Origin: an uncultured Rhodospirillaceae bacterium
GTDB taxonomy: Bacteria > Pseudomonadota > Alphaproteobacteria > UBA11136
Assembly: GCA_964486105.1 (NCBI GenBank)
Contig: CAZAKR010000002.1
Span: forward strand, 62,949-126,948
DNA length: 64,000 bases
Direction: 5' to 3'
Shown here: in pieces, positions 32,109 through 42,562 of the stretch
Layout: the number at the start of each line of letters is the position of its first letter
How positions within the stretch are numbered: the stretch's first letter is position 1
Notes under the pieces: model-generated
Databases searched by the model: none
What the model saw: only the letters and a program-made list of their open reading frames with translations
Told to the model about the DNA's origin: nothing
Translations under genes and position numbers: made by a program

Positions 32109-32852
32109 TCATGTCTCCTGCAAATTGGGGAGAATTTCCGTCTCGGCGCGTTCAACATCTTCAGCAAAGTCGATCTCGATCCAGGGGAGCCCCGTTACAT
32201 CTTCATATCCGAAAGCATCAACGGGCCCGGCCAGCAATTCGTCCCTGACCGCCTCTTCATACCATTCATCCCGGCGACCGTCATCGACATAAGCTTGCGT
32301 CCGCTGGGCCAGGCGGCGGGCGATCTCGGGGGAAAATTTGAAGAAACCGACAGATTCACCGCTGGTGTCAAAGGGGTTTTTGACTTTTTTATGAAAATCG
32401 ACGAGGCGCCCTTCCTTCAGGCACAGCTTGACCGGTTCATCGCCGGGCTCGAAATCGCGATCCATCAGGAAACAATTGGCGGCGCGGGTATCGATCAGAC
32501 GCGCGATCATACGGGCGTCGTACAGCACGTCGGCATCCATCAGCAATACATCCGCGCCGCGTTCAAGTTCGGCCCGCGCCGTCCATAAAGAGACAACGCT
32601 GCCTTCGCGGAAATGGGGATTGTCGAGCCGGCGCACAAAGTCCTGCGCCCCCAGGCGGCCTATTTCCGCCTCGAACAATTCGGCGCGATAGCCGGTTACG
32701 GTCACCACCTCCTCGATACCGCAGGATTTGAGAATTTCGAGATGCCGCTGAAACAGGGTCTTGCCCCCGAACTGCAACATCGCCTTGGGCGGATGATCTT
32801 CACCCGAACCAAGGCGGGCGCCGACACCAGCGGCCAGAATAATCGCTCTCAT
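32109..32852 (-). CDS. Nucleotidyltransferase (LicC/PntC-like cytidylyltransferase family)
   Basis: N-terminal ILAAGVGARLG...PPKAMLQFGGKTL signature of sugar/phosphoalcohol NTP transferases. 247 aa, 4-nt overlap with hpnN. Confidence 0.75.
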   Translation of the reverse strand: MRAIILAAGVGARLGSGEDHPPKAMLQFGGKTLFQRHLEILKSCGIEEVVTVTGYRAELFEAEIGRLGAQDFVRRLDNPHFREGSVVSLWTARAELERGADVLLMDADVLYDARMIARLIDTRAANCFLMDRDFEPGDEPVKLCLKEGRLVDFHKKVKNPFDTSGESVGFFKFSPEIARRLAQRTQAYVDDGRRDEWYEEAVRDELLAGPVDAFGYEDVTGLPWIEIDFAEDVERAETEILPNLQET

Positions 32853-35545
32853 GTCACCTTCCCCGTTACGTCGCCTTCCGCCCTACCCTGCGCCCTGTCT
32901 GCCCGGCAGACAAGAAGAGCCGGCAGAACCACCAACGTGCAGAGCAATGCGAAGGTCAGTGAAATAGACAATAACTGGCCCATGCTCGCCGTCCCCCGGT
33001 GATCGGAGACCACCAGGCTGCCGAAAGCGCACATAGTGGTCAGGGCACTATAGAATATGGCGCGCGGTGTGCTCGTTTGCATGATGCTCATCACCGACGG
33101 CGCTTCCCTGGCCCGCAGGACAAGATAAATACCGTAATCGATGCCGAGACTGAACAGCAGGGGCACGGCAATGATATTGGCAAAATTCAGCGGAATATTG
33201 AAGATCACCGAGGCCGAACCGGTGAGGATTGCGGCAAGAAACATGGGCAACAGCACCAGGACCGCATCGGTCAAATTCCGCAGAACCACAAGAAGCAGGA
33301 GAAAGATCAGGGTCAGTGAAAGGGCGCCGGCCTGTTTGAATGCCGTCATCACGGCGACGCCGCCCTCAAGCAGAATCACCGGGTTGTCGGTGGCCTCCGG
33401 GACAATCGCCCTCACCGCATTGACAAAACGCGCAATCGCTTCATTGCTGTCCATCCTTTCGGTTGGCAGAACTTCGATCAACGCCTGACCGTCGGCCGTC
33501 ATATTGCGGGCGTAAACATCTCCCGGTAAATCTTCCACGGCGACCGGCCGGGCGTCCAGAGAGCGTCGAAGCCGGTCAAGCCGGTTGGGCAGGCTCATCA
33601 GGGCCTGATCCTCGAAAGCGGCGAGATCGGCGGAAGAAATATCCGCCGCCGGGCCAAATTTATCCAGGGCATCGGCCAGGCGCCGGGCGCTGTCTTTAAG
33701 GTGCGCCAGAGTCTCATCTCCAATAAAACCGTCAGGCTTTACCCCGAAATCGAGCTTTGCCCTGAAGTCGGCGATTGCCACCCGCCTTGCGTCGTCGTCA
33801 GGCGGAGCGAGGCGTTCAGAGCTGTCGAGGATGGGATAGAGATAGAGAATCATGTCGTCGATAATCGCCAGCTTGTCCTCCTGATCCTGGGGGACGTAAT
33901 CGGCAAGGGTGATGGTTTTATCGACCAGAGCCAGGGCATCAATTTCACCGGCCTGGATTTGCGCCGTCTCAAAATCCGTCGCCAGGACCGAGATCGCATA
34001 GGTCGAGCGCCGACCGTCTTCCATAACATCGAGAGCCGTCTGCACCGATTGGGTGGAAGGATCGCGCAGGTTCATGGGATCAAAATCAAAATGAAGCCGG
34101 GGCAGGAACGCAACTGCCGCCACCATCCCCAAAACCAGGGCGCCGAAAGAGATAAGGCGGGCGTGGCGCAGAAAAAGGACGGAATAAACTTCCAGCCAGC
34201 GGAGCTTGGGCGCAGGCGCCGCCAAGGCGCCGGATTTAAGTGGAAGAAGCGATAAAACCGCCGGCAGAACAGTCAGATTGGCGAAAAGAGCAATGAACAT
34301 GCTGCCGCCAGCGATAATTCCAAGTTCGGAAAGACCGATATAGGCGGTCGGCGCAAAGGCGAAAAAACCGATGGCGCTGGTCAGGGCGGCGAGGGAAATT
34401 CCGCCCCCGACACCGCTGGCGGCCAGGGACAGAGCCCGCTCGGCGGTGTGGCCATTGCCGATTTCCTCGCGATAGCGCAGGCAATACTGAATGCCGAAAT
34501 CGACCCCGATTCCGATAAAAAGAACCGCGAAAGCAACTGAAATGAGATTAAGCTGACCAACCGAAACCGTTGCCCAGCCTGCCGTCCAGACGAGCCCCAT
34601 GGTCAGAGAAACCAGAGTGGCAAAGACCATGCGGAACGAACGAAAGCCCAGGGTGACAATAACGGCGACCAGAAAAAACGAGAGAAATTCGGCTTTTGTC
34701 GCGCCCTCAAAAACACTTTGGAGCTCCTCCTGTTCGAGGACAATCCCCCCGGTCAGGCGCACATTCACCCCATGCTCGGCATCAAGCCCGAGATCTGCCG
34801 CCGCCTCGCGGATCATATCAATTGCATCGGCGGCCGGATTGAGACCTGAAAAATCAACTTTCGGCTGGGCGATGATAAAATGCCGATAATCCGATGGGTC
34901 GCTCTCGCCGCCGGTCATCATCTCACGCCAGGACAGGGGGATCGGGTGACCCGCCTGTTGCCGTTCAATAGTCTCGGACAGGCGGTCAAAGGCCTCAATC
35001 AACCGTTCGGGATCGGTTTCACCGTCTTTCACCTCATCGGCGGCCAGCCCCAAAACCTCGAACAACCCCCGCAGGCTCGTATCTGTCGAAAGCTTGGCCA
35101 GCATCGGCTGGGCGTCGGCAAGGTTGTCGGAGAGGTCGAGGAGTTCCTCAAGGTCGAGATAGAGAAGACCGTTGGAAACGAAAAAGGGATCATTGGCAAA
35201 ATCGATAACGAAATTGAAAGCGCCCTCTGTCTCCTTCAGGCGGGCTGAAAGAGCAGCCGCGGCGTCTTCGGACAGATCGGGGGTTTCACCATCGATGACG
35301 ATGGTGATGTTATTCCGCAAATTGGGAAAAGCAGCCTGGAATTTATTCTGATCCTTGCGAAATTGCAGTTCGCTGGAAAGCAGGTCGTTGGTTGAGGTGT
35401 TGATTTCGAGCCTGTTCACCGTGTAGAACAGCGAGGCGATTGTAAAAAGGGCGGCAAGCAGCAAAACCGGTATGGGGTTGCGCCCGATTAAATCGACCCA
35501 ATTTTCGAGAAGGCGAAGATATTTCCTGCCAATCGCCTTGATCAC
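32849..35545 (-). CDS. hpnN: RND/MMPL-type hopanoid transporter
   Basis: 898 aa, two 6-TM bundles with large periplasmic loops (sterol-sensing-domain-like RND), hopanoid cluster location. Confidence 0.85.
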   Translation of the reverse strand: MIKAIGRKYLRLLENWVDLIGRNPIPVLLLAALFTIASLFYTVNRLEINTSTNDLLSSELQFRKDQNKFQAAFPNLRNNITIVIDGETPDLSEDAAAALSARLKETEGAFNFVIDFANDPFFVSNGLLYLDLEELLDLSDNLADAQPMLAKLSTDTSLRGLFEVLGLAADEVKDGETDPERLIEAFDRLSETIERQQAGHPIPLSWREMMTGGESDPSDYRHFIIAQPKVDFSGLNPAADAIDMIREAAADLGLDAEHGVNVRLTGGIVLEQEELQSVFEGATKAEFLSFFLVAVIVTLGFRSFRMVFATLVSLTMGLVWTAGWATVSVGQLNLISVAFAVLFIGIGVDFGIQYCLRYREEIGNGHTAERALSLAASGVGGGISLAALTSAIGFFAFAPTAYIGLSELGIIAGGSMFIALFANLTVLPAVLSLLPLKSGALAAPAPKLRWLEVYSVLFLRHARLISFGALVLGMVAAVAFLPRLHFDFDPMNLRDPSTQSVQTALDVMEDGRRSTYAISVLATDFETAQIQAGEIDALALVDKTITLADYVPQDQEDKLAIIDDMILYLYPILDSSERLAPPDDDARRVAIADFRAKLDFGVKPDGFIGDETLAHLKDSARRLADALDKFGPAADISSADLAAFEDQALMSLPNRLDRLRRSLDARPVAVEDLPGDVYARNMTADGQALIEVLPTERMDSNEAIARFVNAVRAIVPEATDNPVILLEGGVAVMTAFKQAGALSLTLIFLLLLVVLRNLTDAVLVLLPMFLAAILTGSASVIFNIPLNFANIIAVPLLFSLGIDYGIYLVLRAREAPSVMSIMQTSTPRAIFYSALTTMCAFGSLVVSDHRGTASMGQLLSISLTFALLCTLVVLPALLVCRADRAQGRAEGDVTGKVT

Positions 35546-35622
35546 GCCACAATCCTTGTGGAAAAGACGTTACAGGCCCTCACAGGCTCACAAAACCGCG
35601 TGCGGAAGGTTAGAACTGCGTA

Positions 35623-36299
35623 TGGCTGATAATAAATCAATATATTCAATTGGTTATAAACTTAACCGCTTTCGGTTTACAGGCAAATTTGTTCATTCGG
35701 TTGTTCTGGTTCTGGCCGTGCTTATAGCGTTTTCGGCCAAGGCAGAGCAAGCCCAGCCGCGTCAGGTCATCGAACGGTTCCACCAATCGCTGATCGCAGT
35801 GATGAAAGACGGGGAAAATCTCGGGTACCAGGGCCGTTATGCCTGGCTGGAGCCGATTATCAAGGAAACCTTCTATCTTTCAGAAATGACCCGGATTTCC
35901 ACCGGGCGAAGCTGGAACAAGGCTTCCGAGGCGATCAAGGCGGAGGTTATCGACGCCTTCACCAACATGACCATCGCCAACTACTCGTCACGATTTGACG
36001 CCTATAACGGTGAATTTTTCGAGACCCTGAGCGTTGAAGACGCGCCGAGGGAAACAGCCCAGGTCAAAACCCAGATCATCAAATCTGACGGGGAAGCCGT
36101 CTCCTTTAACTACCTGCTGCGGAAAAACGATCAGGGAGAATGGCGGGTCGTCGATATCTACCTGAAGGGAACCTACAGCGAACTGGCGACCCGAAAATCG
36201 GAATATGTCTCGGTTATCCGAAACAAGGGATTCGACGCCTTGATCAACGCCTTGCGGGAAAAAACGGTCAATATCGCCAAAAAAGCCGAGGATTCCTGA
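35623..36299 (+). CDS. hpnM: MlaC/Ttg2D-family periplasmic lipid-binding protein, hopanoid-associated HpnM type
   Basis: Toluene-tolerance Ttg2D-like sequence with signal/anchor segment. Start set to MADNK (ATG at 35623), divergent from hpnN. Confidence 0.65.
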
Positions 36300-36430
36300 G
36301 GCCTCTCCCTCCCGCCTTGATTCTGAGCCCCCATTTGCATCCCCGCCTAAGCGTATTATAACTGTCCCCAGGGACTTCTTTTGAAGGCACCCACGGGCCC
36401 CTTTGGTCCCGTCATGAATGGGAACGGAAC

Positions 36431-38095
36431 ATGACCCCGGCCACCAAGCCCAAACTCTCACTCGCCACGCCTGCGCTTTCCAAAGCCGGCCAGCTGCGCC
36501 GTGAGCTCAATTCGCCGGAGCTTTCCTTCCTTATGGAAGCCCATAACGGCCTGTCGGCGAAAATCGTCGAGGAAGCCGGGTTCAAGGGGATCTGGGCTTC
36601 GGGCCTGTCGATCTCGGCTGCGCTGGGCGTACGCGACAGCAACGAAGCTTCCTGGACGCAGGTTCTCGAAGTCCTCGAATTCATGTCCGAGGGAACGTCG
36701 ATCCCGATCCTGGTTGACGGCGACACCGGCTACGGCAACTTTAACAACATGCGCCGCCTGGTGAAAAAGCTGTGCCAGCGCAACATTGCCGGTGTCTGTA
36801 TTGAGGACAAGCTGTTCCCCAAGACCAACTCCTTTATCGGCGACGGCCAGCCGCTGGCCGATATCGGCGAATTCTGCGGCAAAATCAAGGCCGGCAAGGA
36901 TAGCCAGAGCGATCCGGATTTTGTAATCGTCGCCCGTGTCGAGGCGTTGATTTCCGGCTGGGGGCTGGACGAGGCTCTGCGCCGCGGCGAGGCCTACGCC
37001 CAAGCCGGGGCGGATGCCATTCTCATTCATTCGAAAGAACCGACGGCCACTGAAATTCTCAGTTTCAAGGAGGAATGGGGGGATCGCACCCCCCTGGTCA
37101 TCGTCCCGACCATGTATCACGACACGCCGACCGAAACATTCCGCAAGGCCGGTATTTCGATGGCGATCTGGGCCAACCACAATCTGCGCGCCTCGATCGC
37201 GGCAATGCGGGAAACCTGCCGGCAAATCAAGGATTCCGAGAGCATCGTCGATGTCGAGGGAAAGGTCACCTCGGTGCGCGAAGTGTTTGAGCTCGTCGGC
37301 AACGAAGAGCTGGCCGAAGCCGAACGCCTGTATCTCGGCGAGCCCGAGGAAGGTGCCCATGGAATTGTCATCGCCGCCTCGCGGGGCGGCAAGCTCGGAG
37401 AGCTGACCGAGGACCGCCCCAAATGCATGATTGACGTTCGCGGAAAACCCCTGTTGCGGCGGCTCGTTTCCACCTTGAAAAAGAACGGGGTGCGGAACGT
37501 CACCGTGGTGCGCGGCTACAAGAAGGAAGTGATCGACCTGCCCTCCATCAACATGGTGGATAATGACGAGTACGGGGAAACCGGCGAAGCATTTTCCCTT
37601 TCCAAGGCGATTGAACAACTAAAGGGCGACTGCATTATCAGTTACGGGGATATTCTTTTCCGCCGCTATATCCTTGACGCCCTGATGTCGGCGAAGGCCG
37701 ATATCGTTCTCGCCGTCGATGCCCTATCAGAAGGCATGAATATTGAAAATGCCGAGCGCAAAGTTGACGTGGTGTCCTGTTCGCGCCGGTTTACAGGCGA
37801 TTATCTCTCCGAAATCGACCCCGCCTGGGTTGAAAAAATCAGCAACAATATCCCCGCCGCCGACATTCACGGCGAATGGATCGGCCTGGTTCGCACCAGC
37901 CCGAGGGGCTCTGATCTCATCCGCGCCGAGATTGCCGCCATGGAAGAAGAGGGCAGCTTGGCCAATGCCAGCCTGCTAGATCTTCTCAGCCGCCTGCTTG
38001 AGGCCGGGCATAAAATCGGCGCGCTCTATGTCGCTGGAAACTGGCTCGACGTGGATGATGCCTTTGACCTGGCTGAAGCGCGCAACTTCACCTGA
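36431..38095 (+). CDS. Phosphoenolpyruvate phosphomutase fused to a C-terminal nucleotidyltransferase domain (phosphonate-specific cytidylyltransferase-like)
   Basis: N-terminal ICL/PEPM fold with the EDKxxxxxNS motif ([13 protein letters not shown]). C-terminal about 250 aa has the NTP-transferase signature ([28 protein letters not shown]). Confidence 0.85.
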   Translation: MTPATKPKLSLATPALSKAGQLRRELNSPELSFLMEAHNGLSAKIVEEAGFKGIWASGLSISAALGVRDSNEASWTQVLEVLEFMSEGTSIPILVDGDTGYGNFNNMRRLVKKLCQRNIAGVCIEDKLFPKTNSFIGDGQPLADIGEFCGKIKAGKDSQSDPDFVIVARVEALISGWGLDEALRRGEAYAQAGADAILIHSKEPTATEILSFKEEWGDRTPLVIVPTMYHDTPTETFRKAGISMAIWANHNLRASIAAMRETCRQIKDSESIVDVEGKVTSVREVFELVGNEELAEAERLYLGEPEEGAHGIVIAASRGGKLGELTEDRPKCMIDVRGKPLLRRLVSTLKKNGVRNVTVVRGYKKEVIDLPSINMVDNDEYGETGEAFSLSKAIEQLKGDCIISYGDILFRRYILDALMSAKADIVLAVDALSEGMNIENAERKVDVVSCSRRFTGDYLSEIDPAWVEKISNNIPAADIHGEWIGLVRTSPRGSDLIRAEIAAMEEEGSLANASLLDLLSRLLEAGHKIGALYVAGNWLDVDDAFDLAEARNFT

Positions 38096-38141
38096 TGCCG
38101 CCCCCCGCCGCGCATTTAAATCAATTTTCCGGTGATTCAGA

Positions 38142-39278
38142 ATGATCTCCGCCGAGGATTTTCTCAAACCCGCCAGGGAACGTGGCTTTGATTTTTTCAC
38201 CGGCGTTCCCTGCTCGTTTCTCACCCCCGTTATAAATGCGGTTATTTCCGACCGCCGGATTTCTTATGTCGGCGCGGCCAGTGAGGGCGAGGCGGTGGCG
38301 ATTGCCTCAGGGGCCTGGCTGGCCGGACGCAACACCGTCGTCATGTGCCAGAACTCCGGACTCGGCAACGCCGTCAACCCCCTGACCTCCCTCAACTATC
38401 CTTTTCAAATTCCGACCCTGTTGATCACCACATGGCGCGGCCAGCCGGGACTGAAAGACGAACCCCAGCATGAATTGATGGGCCTCATCACCGATCGTCT
38501 TCTTGAGGTCATGGAAATTCCCCATTTCCCCTTTCCCGACGAAAAGTCGGCCGTTGCCGGGGCATTTGATGCCGCTGAAAGGGCAATCGCCGAAAAAAGC
38601 CTGCCTGCCGCCTTTATCATGGAAAAGGACAGTGTAAGGGATGACGGCCTCGACCAGCCTGTCCGGGCCCTGCCCCCCCCTGGCGCCTTTACCGATCACC
38701 GGGAACATGGCGAACGCCCCGCCCGCGCTGCAATTCTTGAGCGTTTTCTCGGACTTGTCCCGCCGAGCGCCCCGGTTATCGCCACCACCGGCAAATGCGG
38801 GCGCGAACTCTTTACCCTCAATGACCGGGACCAGCACCTCTATCAGGTTGGCTCCATGGGCTGCGCTTCGGCCATGGGACTGGGTGTGGCGCTCAATGTC
38901 GATCGGCCTGTGGTGGTGCTGGACGGCGATGGTGCGGCTTTGATGAAGATGGGGGCGCTCGCCACCATTGGCGCCGAAAGCCCGGCCAATCTCGTCCACA
39001 TCCTGCTTGATAACGGCGTCCATGATTCGACCGGTGGTCAGGCCACTGTTTCGGCCTCGGTTGATTTCGCCGCCCTGGCGCTTGCCTGTGGCTATGCCCA
39101 GGCCATGTCCTGCGATTCCGTGGGTGGTTTCGAGGCGGCCTGTACATCCGCTTTCGCCGGCGCCGGGCCGAGCCTCATTCATATGCGGATTGCGCCGGGC
39201 TCCATGTCGCCTCTCGGCCGCCCGACAATTACCCCCTCTGACGTCGCCCGGCGGTTCAAGGCCTTTCTCGCCTCTTAA
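38142..39278 (+). CDS. Phosphonopyruvate decarboxylase (TPP-dependent)
   Basis: TPP enzyme N-terminal pyrimidine-binding and C-terminal GDG...N-type diphosphate-binding regions. 378 aa, typical Ppd size, directly downstream of pepM. Confidence 0.88.
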   Translation: MISAEDFLKPARERGFDFFTGVPCSFLTPVINAVISDRRISYVGAASEGEAVAIASGAWLAGRNTVVMCQNSGLGNAVNPLTSLNYPFQIPTLLITTWRGQPGLKDEPQHELMGLITDRLLEVMEIPHFPFPDEKSAVAGAFDAAERAIAEKSLPAAFIMEKDSVRDDGLDQPVRALPPPGAFTDHREHGERPARAAILERFLGLVPPSAPVIATTGKCGRELFTLNDRDQHLYQVGSMGCASAMGLGVALNVDRPVVVLDGDGAALMKMGALATIGAESPANLVHILLDNGVHDSTGGQATVSASVDFAALALACGYAQAMSCDSVGGFEAACTSAFAGAGPSLIHMRIAPGSMSPLGRPTITPSDVARRFKAFLAS

Positions 39279-40396
39279 GGCGCGGCGCTCGTCACCCCCA
39301 TCTCACCGAGGACTGATTCCACCGCCGCGATCAGCGCCCCCATGTCTTCTGCTCCCACCTGGCCGATACAGCCGATGCGGAAACTGTCGGCCTTGGTCAG
39401 TTTGCCGGGATAAATGAAAAACCCTTTCCCTGCCAGACCAGTGTAAAAAGCCTCAAAATCGTATTGGGGATCGGCGGGGGTGAGGAAGGTAACGATAATC
39501 GGCGCCTGAAGATCATCACCGAGCAGGGTTTCGAACCCCAGCCCCCGCATACCGTTCACCAGAAGCCGCCAGTTCTCGCTATACCGCTTTCCGCGGCCTT
39601 TAATGCCGCCTTCAGCCCGGTGCTGGTCAAGGGCGCTGGCGAGGGCCGCCAGCACATGGGTCGGCGGGGTAAAGCGCCACTGGCCTGTTTTTTCCATCGC
39701 CTGCCACTGGTCGCTAAGATCGAGGCTCAGGGAATGAGCATTCCCCTGGGCGGCTTCCAGAGCCGATTTACGGGCGATGACAAACCCCATGCCCGGCACC
39801 CCTTCCAGACACTTGTTGCTCGAGGCCATCAGGGCCTCGCAGGGCAGAGCTTCGACATCAAGCGGCAGGGCGCCGAAACTGCTCATGGCATCGACCAGAA
39901 GTCCCCGGTCATGCTTTGAAACTACTTCTGCGATCTCTTCCAAAGGGTTGAGGATTCCGCTGGTGGTCTCGCAATGGACAATTGCCACATGGGTAATCGC
40001 CCCGTCGTTTAACAAGGCCTCGCCGATCCTGGCAGTGGAAACCGGTTCGTTTTCAGGCCATTTGAGGCTCAGGCTGTCCCGGCCGATCATTTCGCAGATC
40101 CGCGCCATACGCGCACCATAAGCCCCGTTTTCGAGAATCAGCAACTTGCCCTCCCGGGGCACCAGGGTGCCGATAGCGGCCTCGACGGCAAAGGTGCCGC
40201 TGCCCTGAACCGGCACACAGCCATGGGTCTCGCCGCCCCCGGCCAAAGCGGTCAGCCTCGCCAGCAATCCGGCATTGAGGGCGATAAAATCCCTGTCCCG
40301 TGAGCCATAATCACGCTGCATCGCCTCGCGGGTCCGCCGCGCGGTGGTCAGGGGACCGGGGGTCAAGAGCAGGGGGTCACGTGGCGGAGCGGTCAT
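39275..40396 (-). CDS. 2-aminoethylphosphonate:pyruvate aminotransferase (class V PLP aminotransferase, PhnW/AepZ-like). Start 40396 or 40435
   Basis: LLTPGPLTT N-terminus and class-V aminotransferase sequence. Convergent with ppd, overlapping stops. Confidence 0.8.
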   Translation of the reverse strand: MTAPPRDPLLLTPGPLTTARRTREAMQRDYGSRDRDFIALNAGLLARLTALAGGGETHGCVPVQGSGTFAVEAAIGTLVPREGKLLILENGAYGARMARICEMIGRDSLSLKWPENEPVSTARIGEALLNDGAITHVAIVHCETTSGILNPLEEIAEVVSKHDRGLLVDAMSSFGALPLDVEALPCEALMASSNKCLEGVPGMGFVIARKSALEAAQGNAHSLSLDLSDQWQAMEKTGQWRFTPPTHVLAALASALDQHRAEGGIKGRGKRYSENWRLLVNGMRGLGFETLLGDDLQAPIIVTFLTPADPQYDFEAFYTGLAGKGFFIYPGKLTKADSFRIGCIGQVGAEDMGALIAAVESVLGEMGVTSAAP

Positions 40397-40631
40397 CGGT
40401 TTTCCATATAAAGAAGGAAATAATCTGGACACCACCGGACCTTAAATTCTCACCCCGGGGGAAATCAATGGGCAGAGTCAGATTACCGTGGCCCGCCGGT
40501 AAGAAAAAGCCAAACAGATATCCCTCTTAATTGTAATGATATTAAACTGGTTTTCCTTTGCGTTATGGAGAAAACAAGCCATTATAACCTATAAAAATAG
40601 ATGGTTATTTGCTGGAATGGAGGGCTGGCAA

Positions 40632-41018
40632 ATGGGAGAAAACCTACTTCAGGAAATCGGCGGCCTGGAAGGCCTTCGTGCCGTTATGCAGCGCTTTTTG
40701 GAAAAGGCGTTAGGGGACCCCGATATCGGTCGCTTCTTCATTCAATCCCACCCGGTCGGTTTTGCCGAAAAAACCTGCCCCGCCTTTTTTGAGATTTTCG
40801 ATAATCCCGGCAATCCCCCCTCAAACAATCTTGCCGATATCCACAGCCGCCAGGTCTATCTCGGTCTCAGCGGTCCCCACTTTGATGCTTTTCTCACCGT
40901 TTTCGCCGACGCCCTGACGGAACATGGCGTTACCCCGGAGAAGACCGAACAGGCCATTGAAATCCTCAATGGGCTGCGCGGCGAGGTGCTGAGCGGTTAT
41001 CAACCTAAAGAACAATAG
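40632..41018 (+). CDS. Truncated hemoglobin (2/2 Hb) family protein, paralog 1 (B10 = Leu)
   Basis: IGG motif, RFL at the B9-B10 position, proximal His in DIHSRQ. GGAGGG SD before ATG 40632. 128 aa. Confidence 0.7.
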   Translation: MGENLLQEIGGLEGLRAVMQRFLEKALGDPDIGRFFIQSHPVGFAEKTCPAFFEIFDNPGNPPSNNLADIHSRQVYLGLSGPHFDAFLTVFADALTEHGVTPEKTEQAIEILNGLRGEVLSGYQPKEQ

Positions 41019-41281
41019 ACTTGATCATCCAACGGCCCCCATCCGTCGGTTTCTTCTCGCGCTTCCGACTGAAAATTGCAGCGATCGACGCAGAAAAGCC
41101 GGGTTTCATCCCACCAGGCCTTTAAAACTCCCATAAATCTAATCCCCAACCCTTTTTTGTATGATTCCAATAAGTTACAAAAATAACCACATTTTAATTG
41201 TTTTTTTAACTTGCTTTGCCGGGCATATACCGACATAACCACGATAAATTTGTGAGTAATTCCTTGTTTTCGGGGGAACCG

Positions 41282-41668
41282 GTGGGCACTGACTTGTTAG
41301 AGGGAATTGGCGGGGAAGATGCCCTGCGGGGTATTCTTTTGCGGCTCTACGAAAAGGCCTGCGCCGACGACCATATCGGCCGCTTTTTCGTCCGCCTCGA
41401 ACCCGACCATTTCTCGGAAAAAGTACTCGGCGTCTTCCTTGATATCTTCACCAATCCTGGAAATAAACCCGAAGCGGATCTCGGTGGCGCACATTTTCAA
41501 TCCGTTCGTCTCGGGCTGGGCCACAAACACTATGACACCTTCATGAATCTGTTCCGCGAGGCTCTGGAAGAAAAGGGCGTGCCACCGGACATTACCTATC
41601 AAACCCTCCAGATCATGGAAGACCAGCGCGGTGGCGTACTCCAGGGACTTAAACAGAAACGCGAATAA
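41282..41668 (+). CDS. Truncated hemoglobin (2/2 Hb) family protein, paralog 2 (B10 = Tyr). GTG start inferred
   Basis: Collinear with paralog 1 (GTDLLEGIGG...RLYEK...HFQSVRLGLG). GTG at 41282 gives 128 aa matching paralog 1. The ORF-track start 41216 is an extension. Confidence 0.65.
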   Translation: MGTDLLEGIGGEDALRGILLRLYEKACADDHIGRFFVRLEPDHFSEKVLGVFLDIFTNPGNKPEADLGGAHFQSVRLGLGHKHYDTFMNLFREALEEKGVPPDITYQTLQIMEDQRGGVLQGLKQKRE

Positions 41669-41683
41669 AACCCTGCCCTTTCC

Positions 41684-42202
41684 TCAACAATGAGGCCCCA
41701 TATAGGCCTGCACCTGATCGCGCCAATCGCCGCTTTCAGCCGATCTTTCCCCAGCCGGGGTTTCTTCCCTCGTCGCACCCCTGCTTTTCCTTAGATTCAT
41801 CTGCAGCAACCGCAATCGCCGGTCAAACAGGTGCATCCGTCCATGGTAGCCGAGAAAGACCTTCTGAAAATGATGGGCCTCGCGTTCACGCAGGCGCCAG
41901 GCTGAAGCGGCGCTATATCCGCTGAACTGTCCGTTTTCGCGTTGAACAAAGTGGATCAGCTCGTGAACCAGCACCGACTGGGCGCACAAATTACTGTCGG
42001 GACGCAAATTATCGTCGAGATAGATGACGCGGGCGGGATCGTAAAAGCCGAGAACGGGACAGGGGCCTTGGCAGGCCATGGCTTCAAGCTGTTGATGATC
42101 GATGAAGACGATTTCCGGCGCCTGATCTGGAATATCGTATCCCGTATAGAGATTGATCCAGACAAAGAGACCGGCAACCAATTGTGTCATAAGAGCGTCC
42201 AT
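41684..42202 (-). CDS. Hypothetical protein with HExxH (HELIH) motif and N-terminal hydrophobic segment
   Basis: 172 aa ORF. The only motif recognised is VLVHELIHFVQ. Confidence 0.4.
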   Translation of the reverse strand: MDALMTQLVAGLFVWINLYTGYDIPDQAPEIVFIDHQQLEAMACQGPCPVLGFYDPARVIYLDDNLRPDSNLCAQSVLVHELIHFVQRENGQFSGYSAASAWRLREREAHHFQKVFLGYHGRMHLFDRRLRLLQMNLRKSRGATREETPAGERSAESGDWRDQVQAYMGPHC

Positions 42203-42562
42203 TTCGCCCTCCTTACCCCGGCTTGGGGGGCATATGCGTTATGTCCTCAGTCCTTTCCGTTCCTCACAGCCTGCCCAGTCCTTAAATAGTTTATAGCAGA
42301 CAGGGGTTAAATTTTTGTAAGGCGACAAATTATTCTACCCCCCCCCGCCTGCCACCTTTGTCAGGCCCGAATAACCACAATATATATGGTACAAGAGTAA
42401 ACAATCAACTATTTGTTGTGTTTTCTGTGACACGGCCTTTCCCAGCCCCGCCAGGACAGGGTTAAAAATACCCAAGTTTTTTAGTCGGTTTTTAAGGGAA
42501 AGCGCCTTGACCGACCCGGGCCTGAGCGGCCCTGGCCGATAGGGTAAATCACCATCCGGCGA

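Noticed and set aside
41019-41030. TTGATCATCCAAC immediately after the first globin stop, considered as an FNR/FixK box (TTGAT-N4-ATCAA)
   Set aside because: Only one half-site matches the consensus. Position is acceptable but evidence is too weak to call.
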